Shown: piece by piece, positions 1 to 13,940 of the stretch
Numbering within the stretch: position 1 is the stretch's first letter
How the letters are laid out: each line of letters begins with the position of its first letter
Assembly (NCBI GenBank): GCA_964016885.1
Contig: OZ024740.1
Location: 207,018,001-207,082,000 of the forward strand
Direction: 5' to 3'
DNA: 64,000 nucleotides
DNA from: Eledone cirrhosa
Taxonomy: Eukaryota
Notes under the pieces: model-generated
Database searches by the model: none
The model's input: the letters and a program-made list of their open reading frames with translations, nothing else
Told to the model about the DNA's origin: nothing
Translations under genes and position numbers: made by a program

Positions 1-1
1 A

Positions 2-458
2 AACCGCGGAGTGGGGAGACCCAAGATGACCTGGGATGAGGTGATAAAAGCCGACCTTACCCAATTACACCTCTCAAAGGCAATGACACACGACCGTGAC
101 TTCTGGCGTCACGCAGTAATACAGAGTACCTGACCTCCCATGAGTACAAGCTGAAGCATATAGATAATATGCCCCCACACCCCCCACCGCAAGGTGGCCG
201 TGGAGGTGCCACGGCAAAAAAGCACCCAGCCCACACTGTAAAGTGGACGTGTAGGCGCCACAAAAAAGCACCCAGCACTCATTGTAAATGAGGTTGGTGT
301 TAGGAAGGGCATCCAGCTGTAGAAATCAAGCCAAATCAGTTCCTGTATGAGCAAGGCATGGTCAGCCGACCAGACACTGCCCACAACAGGACAACCCGTC
401 TAACCCATGCTAGCGTGGAAGAACGGACGTAAAACGGTGATGATGATGATGATGATGA
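2..458 (+). mobile_element. RTE-clade LINE 3' end (ORF C-terminus, 3' UTR, (GAT)n tail)
   Basis: Frame 2 reads NRGVGRPKMTWDEVIKADL...DRDFWRHAVIQST* (2-133), a typical RTE C-terminus. It is followed by the aacccatgctagcgtggaa..cggacgt tail and (GAT)n. Confidence 0.85.
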
Positions 459-480
459 TATGTGTGTGTGTATATATATA

Positions 481-549
<69 letters not shown>

Positions 550-662
550 GTGTGTATATATGTATGTATATATGTGTATGTATATATGTATATATATATA
601 TATGAATATATGTGTATGTATTTATATATGTAATGGCCATCCAATAATTTTTTTTTTTTGTG

Positions 663-975
663 GCATCTTCATTAAGACATCTCTCTAGGAGAAGGTGACT
701 CTGATATAAAACCTGCAACTTCGTTTGCATCCAATGATGTAGACCAGTCCTTCTTTTGGGGCAAATGCATTCGATGTTCAGAGAGTGGGATGGCCCCATG
801 TAAAGCTTTTCCTCACTTAAAAAAGCTTCAAGCACAGGCATCACTTGATATGGTGACATTTATTGCGATGCATGGTATTGCAAGTCCCTAAAAGGACTAA
901 AAAGCCACATCCGTGATGTTCATACTTAAGTATCAAGTGATGGCATTACTCGAAATCGAGTTGCAGCCTTCAGAT
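663..975 (+). mobile_element. Short internally deleted (bipartite) derivative of a C2H2-bearing RTE LINE
   Basis: 684-845 resembles the 5' UTR of the RTE at 17600-17800 (ctaggagaagg, gatataaaacctgc, cagagagtgggat, ttcctcactt). 861-929 encodes YCDAWYCKSLKGLKSHIRDVHT*, like that element's last finger, followed by a similar tail (atggc..tactcga..cgag..gcagcc). Confidence 0.7.
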
Positions 976-1029
976 ATGTATGTATATATATATATATATG
1001 TATATATGTGTATATATATATATATATAT

Positions 1030-1801
1030 CCTCATCAGGCAGTAACGGTCCACAGAATCAAAGGCCTTCCTAAAGTCAATGAAAACCATGACCGCAGGAA
1101 GGCACTTTGCTCTAGCTCCCTCTAATATCCTCCTCAGCATCAGGATGTGACTGGTGGTTGATCTACCCTCTCTGAAGCCATTCTGGTTGTCCCTGAGCTT
1201 CTTCTCCATCTCAGGCTGGATCCTGTTAAGAATCATCCTGTTGAGGGTCTTTGCCACAAGTGACGTCAGTGAGATCCCCCTGTAGTTGTTGGTGTTAGAG
1301 AGATCTCCCTTCTTTGGCACTGGGACGATGTTACTGATCCTCCACTGATTCGGGGCAACTCCCTTCTCCAGTGCCCCGTTACAGAACCCCAGGATGATAT
1401 CATCAAAATCACACCTCTTCATCACCTCTGATGCCACTCCATCTTCTCCATGAGCCTACACGAGAATGTTGAGGATGGCTTTGAACATTAATCAGTATAC
1501 ACTGAGGATGAAAAACTCAGAGCTGTATGGGAGCATCCCAAAAGTCAGCTCAAAAATGACACAGAGGAGACTGAGGTTAGCTGGACATGCTCACCGACAT
1601 CCAGAGTTGACATTGCACTCAGTGCTCCTTTGGGAGCCCCTACATGGACACACTAGAAGAGGAAGACCAAGGTTAATGTATGTTGATGCCCTAAGGACAG
1701 ACACTGGTCTGTTGGAGACGCAGGACATGGCAGCGATAATGAGGGACAGAGACCGCTGGAGAGAACTCGTCCATGGATCTCGGGAATTTTACCCGCCTTA
1801 G
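1030..1801. mobile_element. RTE-like LINE fragment with 5' inversion, inside (TA)n
   Basis: Minus-strand RT segment (VPVPKKGDL..NYRGISL..QNGFREGRST..FIDFRKAFDSV) is joined at ~1456 to a plus-strand C-terminal segment (RLRLAGH..WEPLHG..RGRP..DRDRW). Confidence 0.85.
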
Positions 1802-1847
1802 AATATATATATATTTATATATGAAGGCCCCACTCAGTCACAAATGA

Positions 1848-2147
1848 CCATGGTTTTGCACCTAGAAAGTTTCCCTTCGAGGCACAAGCCTGAGCAACGT
1901 TTGTTTTGTGGAAGACCAGTAGTCCCCCATGTATTCCAGTCTCCCCTCTCCACAGATGTTGTCCAAGGGAAAGGCAATGACTAATACAGCTTGGCATCAG
2001 TGACGTCGCAACTCATTTCTACAGCTGAGTAAACTGGAGCAACGTGAAATAAAGTGTCTTGCTCAAGGACACAACGCATCACCTGGTCTGAGAATCAAAC
2101 TCACAACATTCTCAATTGCCAGCCCAATGCTCTAACCACTAAGCCAT
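1848..2147 (-). mobile_element. tRNA-derived SINE (family A)
   Basis: Minus strand starts TGGCTTAGTGGTTAGAGC (A box) and GAGTTTGATTCTC (B-box-like), then gtgtccttgagcaagacactt core. A second copy lies at 24810-24950. Confidence 0.8.
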
Positions 2148-2159
2148 ATATATATGTAT

Positions 2160-2410
2160 GTTAGGTTGTTTACCAATGGTTAGAACCGGTGGTTCTGGTT
2201 GGTAAATGATGATGCAAAAAATTAATTAAAGCACTCAACATTTGCAAATCCATTGTAGATGTGGTATCCAGTCGTTGGAGTAAAGTATTTTATTAAAACA
2301 ATGACAGAGGGCCGGACTTTAGAATTTTAATTCCACGAAACATATTTCAATGGCCCAGTTCTATCATCCGATCATAATGCAAGACAAGGTGATTTCATCA
2401 GGTGTTATTT
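2160..2410 (-). mobile_element. Penelope-like pLTR relic with degenerate hammerhead motif
   Basis: Minus strand CAC-CTGATGA-(long stem II region)-GAAA-..TTC-GTG at 2404-2334, then AATAAA, gagtgc and an end at TA repeats, the same layout as 7094-7325. Confidence 0.4.
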
Positions 2411-2641
2411 GCAGAATTATGTAACAGGATTACATTGAACCCAAACATAGAATAGAAGATAGGAGATAGTAAAAAATAAAATAGATAGAAAATAGTAAAT
2501 TCTATTCAGGGACAGCCTGCTAATATGGTGTTATATCGATATATATATATATATATATAAAATCAATTATTTCATATTGCTTGTAAGTACACCTACAATT
2601 TACTGTTCATATAACCCATGCTAGCGTGGAATATATATATG

Positions 2642-2756
<115 letters not shown>

Positions 2757-2808
2757 TATGTATATATACACATATATATGTATATATATATATACACATA
2801 TATATGTA

Positions 2809-2920
2809 TGCCAGATAGTCCTATGCGAGCAAGATAATCACTCTTGACTCAAGTGGGAAACCCCCGTCCAAACCCATGCAAGCGTGGAACACGGACGTTA
2901 AACGTTGATGATGATGATGA
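2809..2920 (+). mobile_element. 5'-truncated RTE/SINE 3' tail
   Basis: gccagatagtcctatgcgagc..aacccatgcaagcgtggaacacggacgttaaacgtt(gat)n, the same tail as at 8200-8322. Confidence 0.75.
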
Positions 2921-2934
2921 TATATATACACATA

Positions 2935-2988
<54 letters not shown>

Positions 2989-3031
2989 TATGTATATATA
3001 TATATATACACATATATATGTATATATACAC

Positions 3032-3062
<31 letters not shown>

Positions 3063-3329
3063 TATATATGTATATATATGTATATATATACACATATATA
3101 TGTATATATATATATACATGTGACTGGGGATTCTTTTCTTTGTTTTTGTGCCTCTCCTTTGTTCTGTCCTACGCCATTTTGTTTCTGTGTGTGTGTTGTG
3201 TGCTCAGTCTGTGCATGCGCCACATCCGGGTGTCTGTGTGTGTTTATATTCGTTTATTTATTTATTTGTTTATTTACATGTTACCGGTTGGTTGTTTGTT
3301 CTATGTGCGTGTGTGTTTTCATTTTGTCC

Positions 3330-5630
3330 TTAATTGTAAGTTGTGATGTTGATGTTCCACTCATATTTTCTATTTAATTTTGGTTGTAATTCTTTTATGT
3401 TTATTGCCTCTGTGATTTGTCTAAACATTGCGTCTTTTCTGTGTGTAGATTCTATTTTTATTTCTATGTTCTCTAATTTACCCTTATGATCTATTTTAGC
3501 ATGTTGGTAGAGTACAGATAATTCTTTACTATCTTGAAGGTCTCGCCAGTGTTCATTTATCCGTTCCCCTACACTACGAGCTGTCTCACCTATGTACACT
3601 ATATTTTTGTCTCTACATTGTCCTTCAGTACATCTTATGCTATACACTACATTTCTAGTTTTACAGTTAATATGGGGGCTTATTTTACAGGTTATACATT
3701 TCTTATCTATACAGGGGGGTCTTTGAAAAGGGTATGTCTTACTAATAAGTGTTTTTACGGAGGTACCTGGTCTTTCTACTATCTTAATATTGAGTTTATG
3801 TTTATCTAGGGCCCTTCTAAATTTGTAAGCTAATTCACCTCTAGGGGTTGTATCGATGAACATTACACTCTGGTATTTATTGCTATCATACCATGAGTTT
3901 ATTCTATTAGCCTTATTCCTAGTTCTTTCTATTCTATTCCAAAATTTGCTCCTATACAAGGGGCAGGTCCTATTTGTGTCATTATTTACCATTTTTTCCC
4001 ATTTGGTTCTGGCTCCTCTATACACTCTGATTTTATCTCTCTGATTGTAACCAGAGAACTGCATACGGTGGATGAAGTGTTGTATGTATCTCTCTAGTTC
4101 TTCGGGGTTGCACATGCGGGACACGTTTCTCATCACCCGTACCAAATCCGCAATCAGTATGTTGATTTTGGTATGGTCCGAAACAGCCGAGTTTCGGTGG
4201 ATCAGATGTTTGGAAGTCATGGGTTTGGCATAATGGGAATGGAGGATTTGTTTTTTGTTATTAATGGTATCTAACCAGAGCTCTGTGTCTAGTACAGGTA
4301 ATCGATGGTTGGGGTGTTTACTTGGGTAGTCTATAGTAACTCTAATACTCTGGTGGATGGAGTTAGCTATTTGCTGGATGTTTTCCATTGTGTTTTTTTC
4401 TAGTTCCTGACTGTTCTCTAGTGGGGGTGTCTTAACTACGATGTTTATATCATCAACGTAGCGGGAGTACATTATCAGGGTTAAGGGGTCTTCTAATTGT
4501 TCTTTGAGTTTAAGTTTAAGTCTACTGTCCCACCATACCATGAATAAGTTAGCTATGTTGCCTGCAATGCTAACACCAATGGCTGCTCCTTCCTCTTGGG
4601 CATATGTTTTTCCATTAAATTTGAACATATGTTCCTTAAGGGTTAGTTTTATGCTGGCCCCTACCGCATGTGCAATCATTTTCTTCAGTTCATCGTGGTT
4701 TTTGAGTGTCCGTATGGCTTTGGTCCACCCGTTCCATCTATCTGTGTGGGTTTTCTTGGCCATTGAGGTAATGATAGGTGGTCTGCCTCTTGCTGGTCTT
4801 GTAGGGCACAGGTTGCTAAGGTCATATGTGTCTAGGTAATTATTACTATAGGTAAGTTTAAGTAGGAGTCCCAGCTCACTGGTATCAATCCCACAGAACT
4901 CAACATTGCTCTCACTGATCATTTCTACGCATTTCTCCACAGCAAAATCCACGTCAATAGATGGATACAGGGACACAACATCCATACTACCTATTATGCA
5001 GTTTGTTAGGTCCCTAGATCGGTTACTCCGGCCGATTCTGCTGAGGAGGTCCTCCGTGCTGTCACATACATCTGGGGACATTTCAATGATGGGGCGTATG
5101 ATCAGGGAGAGAAAGTAGGACAGTCTGTAGTTACTAACAATGTTAGCTCCACAGACTGGCCGTGTTGGTGGTCCCGTGACAGAGTCACTGCCCGTTTTAT
5201 GGTCTTTTCGAAGCCCATACAACGCCGGCACGTCATTGTTCCAGGCCTGGAAGTTGTTGGCAGTCCTTTTGTTGGGCTGCATTATATTCGTCCACATCTC
5301 CATATGGGCATTGAGGGCTTTTTCTCTATCCTCATGCTCCTGTGGTGTTACCTCTCTTGTGTTAGTGATGTGGGGTTGCATTGCCTGGATATAGTTTGGC
5401 AGGCTGTCAACCGACATTCTGCCAGACTTGTCTGTTGGAAAGCATGCTATCTCTCCATTACGCGAGCGCTGCATGAGCTTACGCAAGCCATTTGCAGATT
5501 TTTCTCCCAGTTGCTGGGCCTCCATTCTATTATGCTTCTTGCTATACTGTTCTATAATATTTCTAAGTTCGGATCTAGCTATACTAAATTGTGCTTCTGT
5601 TTGTTCATCGACCTGCGACGGCAATTGCAT
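3330..5630 (-). CDS. Penelope-type reverse transcriptase / GIY-YIG endonuclease (N-terminus disrupted)
   Basis: Motifs [32 protein letters not shown], and NVVYSIRC...YIGETAR...RINEH. Upstream homologous sequence (LPPKFA..TKLR*, 6263-6445) is separated by stops and a frameshift. Confidence 0.9.
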   Translation of the reverse strand: MQLPSQVDEQTEAQFSIARSELRNIIEQYSKKHNRMEAQQLGEKSANGLRKLMQRSRNGEIACFPTDKSGRMSVDSLPNYIQAMQPHITNTREVTPQEHEDREKALNAHMEMWTNIMQPNKRTANNFQAWNNDVPALYGLRKDHKTGSDSVTGPPTRPVCGANIVSNYRLSYFLSLIIRPIIEMSPDVCDSTEDLLSRIGRSNRSRDLTNCIIGSMDVVSLYPSIDVDFAVEKCVEMISESNVEFCGIDTSELGLLLKLTYSNNYLDTYDLSNLCPTRPARGRPPIITSMAKKTHTDRWNGWTKAIRTLKNHDELKKMIAHAVGASIKLTLKEHMFKFNGKTYAQEEGAAIGVSIAGNIANLFMVWWDSRLKLKLKEQLEDPLTLIMYSRYVDDINIVVKTPPLENSQELEKNTMENIQQIANSIHQSIRVTIDYPSKHPNHRLPVLDTELWLDTINNKKQILHSHYAKPMTSKHLIHRNSAVSDHTKINILIADLVRVMRNVSRMCNPEELERYIQHFIHRMQFSGYNQRDKIRVYRGARTKWEKMVNNDTNRTCPLYRSKFWNRIERTRNKANRINSWYDSNKYQSVMFIDTTPRGELAYKFRRALDKHKLNIKIVERPGTSVKTLISKTYPFQRPPCIDKKCITCKISPHINCKTRNVVYSIRCTEGQCRDKNIVYIGETARSVGERINEHWRDLQDSKELSVLYQHAKIDHKGKLENIEIKIESTHRKDAMFRQITEAINIKELQPKLNRKYEWNINITTYN

Positions 5631-7093
5631 GCGTTTGTTAAATGGTAAAGTCGTGGCATGGACTCGTCGCAGGTCGAACGACTTATCGGAGGGATTATAA
5701 AAAGTAGAGTTCCAGGCTGCTGCTTTATGTGTACTAGTGCTATTGTTATTGTTAGTTGTGTTGTTTCTATTTCTATTTCCACCAACAGCCTCATGGTTGT
5801 TTCAATTTCTCTCATTATTACTCCTGTCTCTTTCCACTGGCTCATTGTTATTATCTACTTTATTTTGTGTGTCTGTGTGTTTGTCTTGGTTATTTTCTTT
5901 GTCCATAGTCTCCCTTCTCCTTTTAATCCTATTACTTTCCCTTATTTCTGTGATTTCTGTGCTATTGTCATTACTTGTTTTCTGTGTCTGTGTGTTTGTT
6001 AAGATTGTGGTGGTGGTGAGAGGCATTGAATGTGTGTGTGTTGTTGTTGTTGATGTGTGTTGTTGTTGTCTCCGTGTGTGTTATTATTGTTGTGTGTGTT
6101 GTTATTGTTGTTTGTGTCTGCATGTCTGTTGTTGTTTCTGAGTATGTTATTATTGTTGTTGTTATTGTTGTTTGTGTGTGTGTGTCTGTTGTTGTTGGGT
6201 TGTGTGTTGTATATGTGTGTGCGTATGTTGTTACTTTTGTTTTTGTTTTTGTTTTTGAGGCTTCAGCGTAATTTTGTAAATGATTTTTCTATTTCTGACA
6301 GACAACTAATCATATTTACCTTCTTGAATGTCGCAAATTTCGGCGGTAGAAGTAATACAGATAATTCATCAGGATCTATTGCCGTGTTGCCGTATATATT
6401 TGTGTTGTTGTTGTTGTTGAACTCATCTGTTAATGAGGTGTCGGCCAGAAACAACAACAACAGACACGCAGACACAAACAACAATAACAACACACACAAC
6501 AATAATAACAAATAAGAAATGTATAACCTGTAAAATAAGCCCCCATATTAACTGTAAAACTAGAAATGTAGTGTATAGCATAAGATGTACTGAAGGACAA
6601 TGTAGAGACAAAAATATAGTGTACATAGGTGAGACAGCTCGTAGTGTAGGGGAACGGATAAATGAACACTGGCGAGACCTTTAAGATAGTAAAGAATCAT
6701 CTGTACTCTACCAACATGCTAAAATAGATCATAAGGGTAAATTAGAGAACATAGAAATAAAAATAGAATCTACACACAGAAAAGACGCAATGTTTAGACA
6801 AATCACAGAGGCAATAAACATAAAAGAATTACAACCAAAATTAAATAGAAAATATGAGTGGTACAGCAACATCACAACTTACAATTAAGGACAAAATGAA
6901 AATACACACGCACATAGAACAAACAACCAACCGGTAACATGTAAATAAACAAATAAATAAATAAACGAATATAAACACACACGGACACCCGGATGTGGCG
7001 CATGCACTGACTGAGCACACAACACACACACAGAAACAAAATGGCGTAGGACAGAACAAAGGAGAGGCACAAAAACAAAGAAAAGAATCCCCA

Positions 7094-7136
7094 GTCACTG
7101 AAGAGGTCACAGAATGTGTGACGAAAGAACTTTGAC
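7094..7136 (+). ncRNA. Minimal type I hammerhead ribozyme motif in Penelope pLTR
   Basis: GTCA-CTGAAGA-G-GTCACA gaatg TGTGAC-GAAA-G AA CTT-TGAC: both core boxes, 6-bp stem II, 4-bp stem I (GTCA/TGAC), very short stem III. Confidence 0.7.
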
Positions 7137-7321
7137 AATATATAAACAACTATCTGGTTGTGGAACCAACCAACCAACCAGAAATTTATAAATTTATTAT
7201 AATAAATTGAAGTGAAACAACTGGTGCGTGTGTTTCTTATTGAAACATGACCCTCCCAAAGTATAACAATATCGGTTTCAACACACGATTTTAGATAAAG
7301 AATCTTGCAAATTCAGAAACG

Positions 7322-7360
<39 letters not shown>

Positions 7361-7507
7361 TATACATATATATATTTATTAAAATAACAGATTAAAGTTT
7401 AAGCAAAGAATATATATATACACACATATATATATATATATATATACACATATATATATATACACACATATATATATATACACTCATATATATATATATA
7501 TATACAC

Positions 7508-7539
<32 letters not shown>

Positions 7540-7556
7540 GTGTATATATATATATA

Positions 7557-8320
7557 AGAGGGATCAGATGTTGTTTACTCGAGAGAAGGCTACGTTGGTA
7601 CGGTCACGTGATGCGCATGAAAGACGACAGCTGTATAACAAAGTGCAGGGCAATAAAGATAGACGGTAGCCACGGAGTAGGCAGACCCAGAAAAACATGG
7701 GACGAGCTGATAAATTCCGACCTCACACGCTTACACCTCTCCAAGACAATGTCACTGGACCGAGACCTTTGGCGGTACTCAGTAATAGAGAAGACCCGCC
7801 TTACCTAAATACAAAGTAATAACCTACTACAGTCAGTAGGCATCTCTATCAAAACACTCCCCCCCCGTCCCACCACCTCCACCCCATCCACACCGCCCCT
7901 TTCAATGTAAAGTTATGTTGGTCCCACAACATCCAGGCCGAAACAAATGAGATCGTGTAGGTGTCACGACAAAAAAACACACAGTCCACGCTGTAAATGT
8001 GGCCATGTAGGCAACACGGTAAAAACCTCCCAGCCCCACACTGTAAATGTGGTTGGTGTTAGGAAGGGCATCCAGCTGTAGAAAACCCGCCAGACAGTCC
8101 ACGCTGTAATGTGGCCGTGTAGGCAACACGGTAAAAACCTCCCAGCCCCACACTGTAAATGTGGTTGGTGTTAGGAAGGGCATCCAACTGTAGAAAACCC
8201 GCCAGACAGTCCTATGCGAGCAAGACAACCACTCTTGCCTCAAGTGGGAAAACCCCCGTCCAAACCCATGCAAGCGTGGAACACGGACGCTAAACCTGAT
8301 GATGATGATGATGATGATGA

Positions 8321-8322
<2 letters not shown>
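7557..8322 (+). mobile_element. RTE LINE 3' fragment with 3' UTR and (GAT)n tail
   Basis: [12 protein letters not shown]...[12 protein letters not shown]...DRDLWR (to 7808); ~113-bp internal tandem duplication at ~7982-8210; (GAT)n tail. Confidence 0.85.
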
Positions 8323-8380
<58 letters not shown>

Positions 8381-8415
8381 AGTAAGTATGTTTTGAAACA
8401 GTGAGCGAGTTTGAA

Positions 8416-8711
8416 ATTAGAAAATATATAGCTTTCACCGTATTTTTAACTAAAGGAATTTTTAGCTTGATAACGGGGTTTAGAACCCGCAGATAAATGG
8501 AAAAAGATGAGTATTGACGTACATGTGAGTCAAACCCACATCTGTGGTTATCGCGACCACTGTGCTACCATTAGCACAGTGGTCGCGATAACCACAGATG
8601 TGGGTTCGACTCACATGTACGTCAATACTCATCTTTTTCCATTTATCTGCGGGTTCTAAACCCCGTTATCAAGCTAAAAATTCCTTTAGTTAAAAATACG
8701 GTGAAAGCTAT

Positions 8712-8723
<12 letters not shown>
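8416..8723. repeat. 308-bp palindrome (152-bp arms, 4-nt loop) containing tRNA-like Pol III promoter boxes
   Basis: 8416-8567 is the reverse complement of 8572-8723, with one mismatch seen. The arm carries TAGCACAGTGG (A box), GGTTCGACTC (B box) and TTTTT. Confidence 0.95.
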
Positions 8724-9965
<1,242 letters not shown>

Positions 9966-9968
<3 letters not shown>

Positions 9969-10420
9969 GTAGAATAATCGTGTATCGAAAAATCGGCGCA
10001 CGAGTTCACGATAAACAAAATTCGAGATGAGCGGCAGAGGGCTCTATAATTCAAATAAATTAGAGCTATAACTATCGTTAAATACCGTCACACGTAGAAT
10101 ATGTCTACAATCAACCAAATAACCGATAAGTTTGATATGGAAGATTCGGGACACTCAGATAAATTATCAATAAATCAATAAATGAAATGAATGTAAAATG
10201 CATACCCGGACCCACTAGAGAGATGGAATATCTAGCTTCTTGGGTTTCTGTAAATCCTTAAACCGTCATCTATCAGCTCATATAAAAATATAAGACTTAC
10301 AGATGCCGGGGGACTGGAGTTACTTTATCAACGAGCTTCGTCCGAATGGATAGAAAGACAAGACCCATGCTAAAAATACGCACATGGATTTCAGCAAGGG
10401 AGATAACCTTTATATCCGCA

Positions 10421-10421
<1 letters not shown>
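9966..10421 (+). repeat. Unclassified ~455-bp interspersed repeat, copy 1
   Basis: Collinear, diverged reverse complement of 12585-13039 (tagaataatcg..gcagagggctc..agagctataactatcgttaa..tctagcttcttgggtttctg..cagcaagggagataacct). Confidence 0.8.
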
Positions 10422-11086
<665 letters not shown>

Positions 11087-11280
11087 GGAAAGTTATATTT
11101 AAATTGTTGGGTTAACAACGAGTAAATATTTATAACTGATATAAAAGCACTAAACAAGTATTTGGAGTATATTTATGATATTAAATAAATGGAAACTATA
11201 TTTATAAAACCATATTTATTTCGTTATATATATTTCAGGGATATCATATTAACAATATGTTATGCCGTCTTCAGAAAAAA
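11087..11280 (-). mobile_element. Penelope-like pLTR relic with degenerate hammerhead
   Basis: Minus strand CTGAAGA-cggcataacatatt gtt aatatgatatccct-GAAA (11274-11233); imperfect 14-bp stem II; element ends at (TA)n. Confidence 0.5.
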
Positions 11281-12580
<1,300 letters not shown>

Positions 12581-12584
12581 ATTT

Positions 12585-13190
<606 letters not shown>

Positions 13191-13234
13191 TATTATATAT
13201 ATACATATATATATATATATACACATATATATAT

Positions 13235-13325
<91 letters not shown>

Positions 13326-13326
13326 C

Positions 13327-13357
<31 letters not shown>

Positions 13358-13362
13358 CACAC

Positions 13363-13393
<31 letters not shown>

Positions 13394-13418
13394 CACACAC
13401 ATATATATATATATATAC

Positions 13419-13453
<35 letters not shown>

Positions 13454-13474
13454 CATATATATATATATACACAC

Positions 13475-13550
13475 ATGATGGCTGCCCCCTCGTTATCGAG
13501 TATGGCCATTGCACAATAAAATAAAAAAAAAAAAATAAAAAAATAAAAAA

Positions 13551-13599
<49 letters not shown>

Positions 13600-13620
13600 A
13601 AAAAAAAAAAAAAAAAAAAA

Positions 13621-13657
<37 letters not shown>

Positions 13658-13777
13658 TATACATATATATATATATACACATACATATACACACACATAC
13701 ATACACATACATACATATATACACACACACATACCTACACATACACTCACACATATATACACACATACATTAATAAC

Positions 13778-13823
<46 letters not shown>

Positions 13824-13902
13824 GCAATAATAATAACAACGACAACAACAATAATAATATACATATTCATATATATATACACACACACGCACGCACATAA
13901 GC

Positions 13903-13940
<38 letters not shown>

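Larger units (their letters stand above)
3120..7325 (-). mobile_element. Penelope-like retroelement (RT + GIY-YIG) with inverted 3'/pLTR copy, inserted in (TA)n
   Basis: 766-aa ORF; 6512-7098 is the reverse complement of 3120-3706; hammerhead motif at 7094-7136; flanked by (TA)n on both sides. Confidence 0.9.

Noticed and set aside
5802-6265. In-frame TGA codons in the Penelope N-terminus as selenocysteine recoding
   Set aside because: One TGA appears to replace a Trp (KLR*) and the other lies in a low-complexity linker; a frameshift is also present, so decay is the simpler explanation.
8572-8625. tRNA gene
   Set aside because: A and B boxes are present, but there is no room for an anticodon arm and no acceptor stem; treated as a tRNA-derived head.
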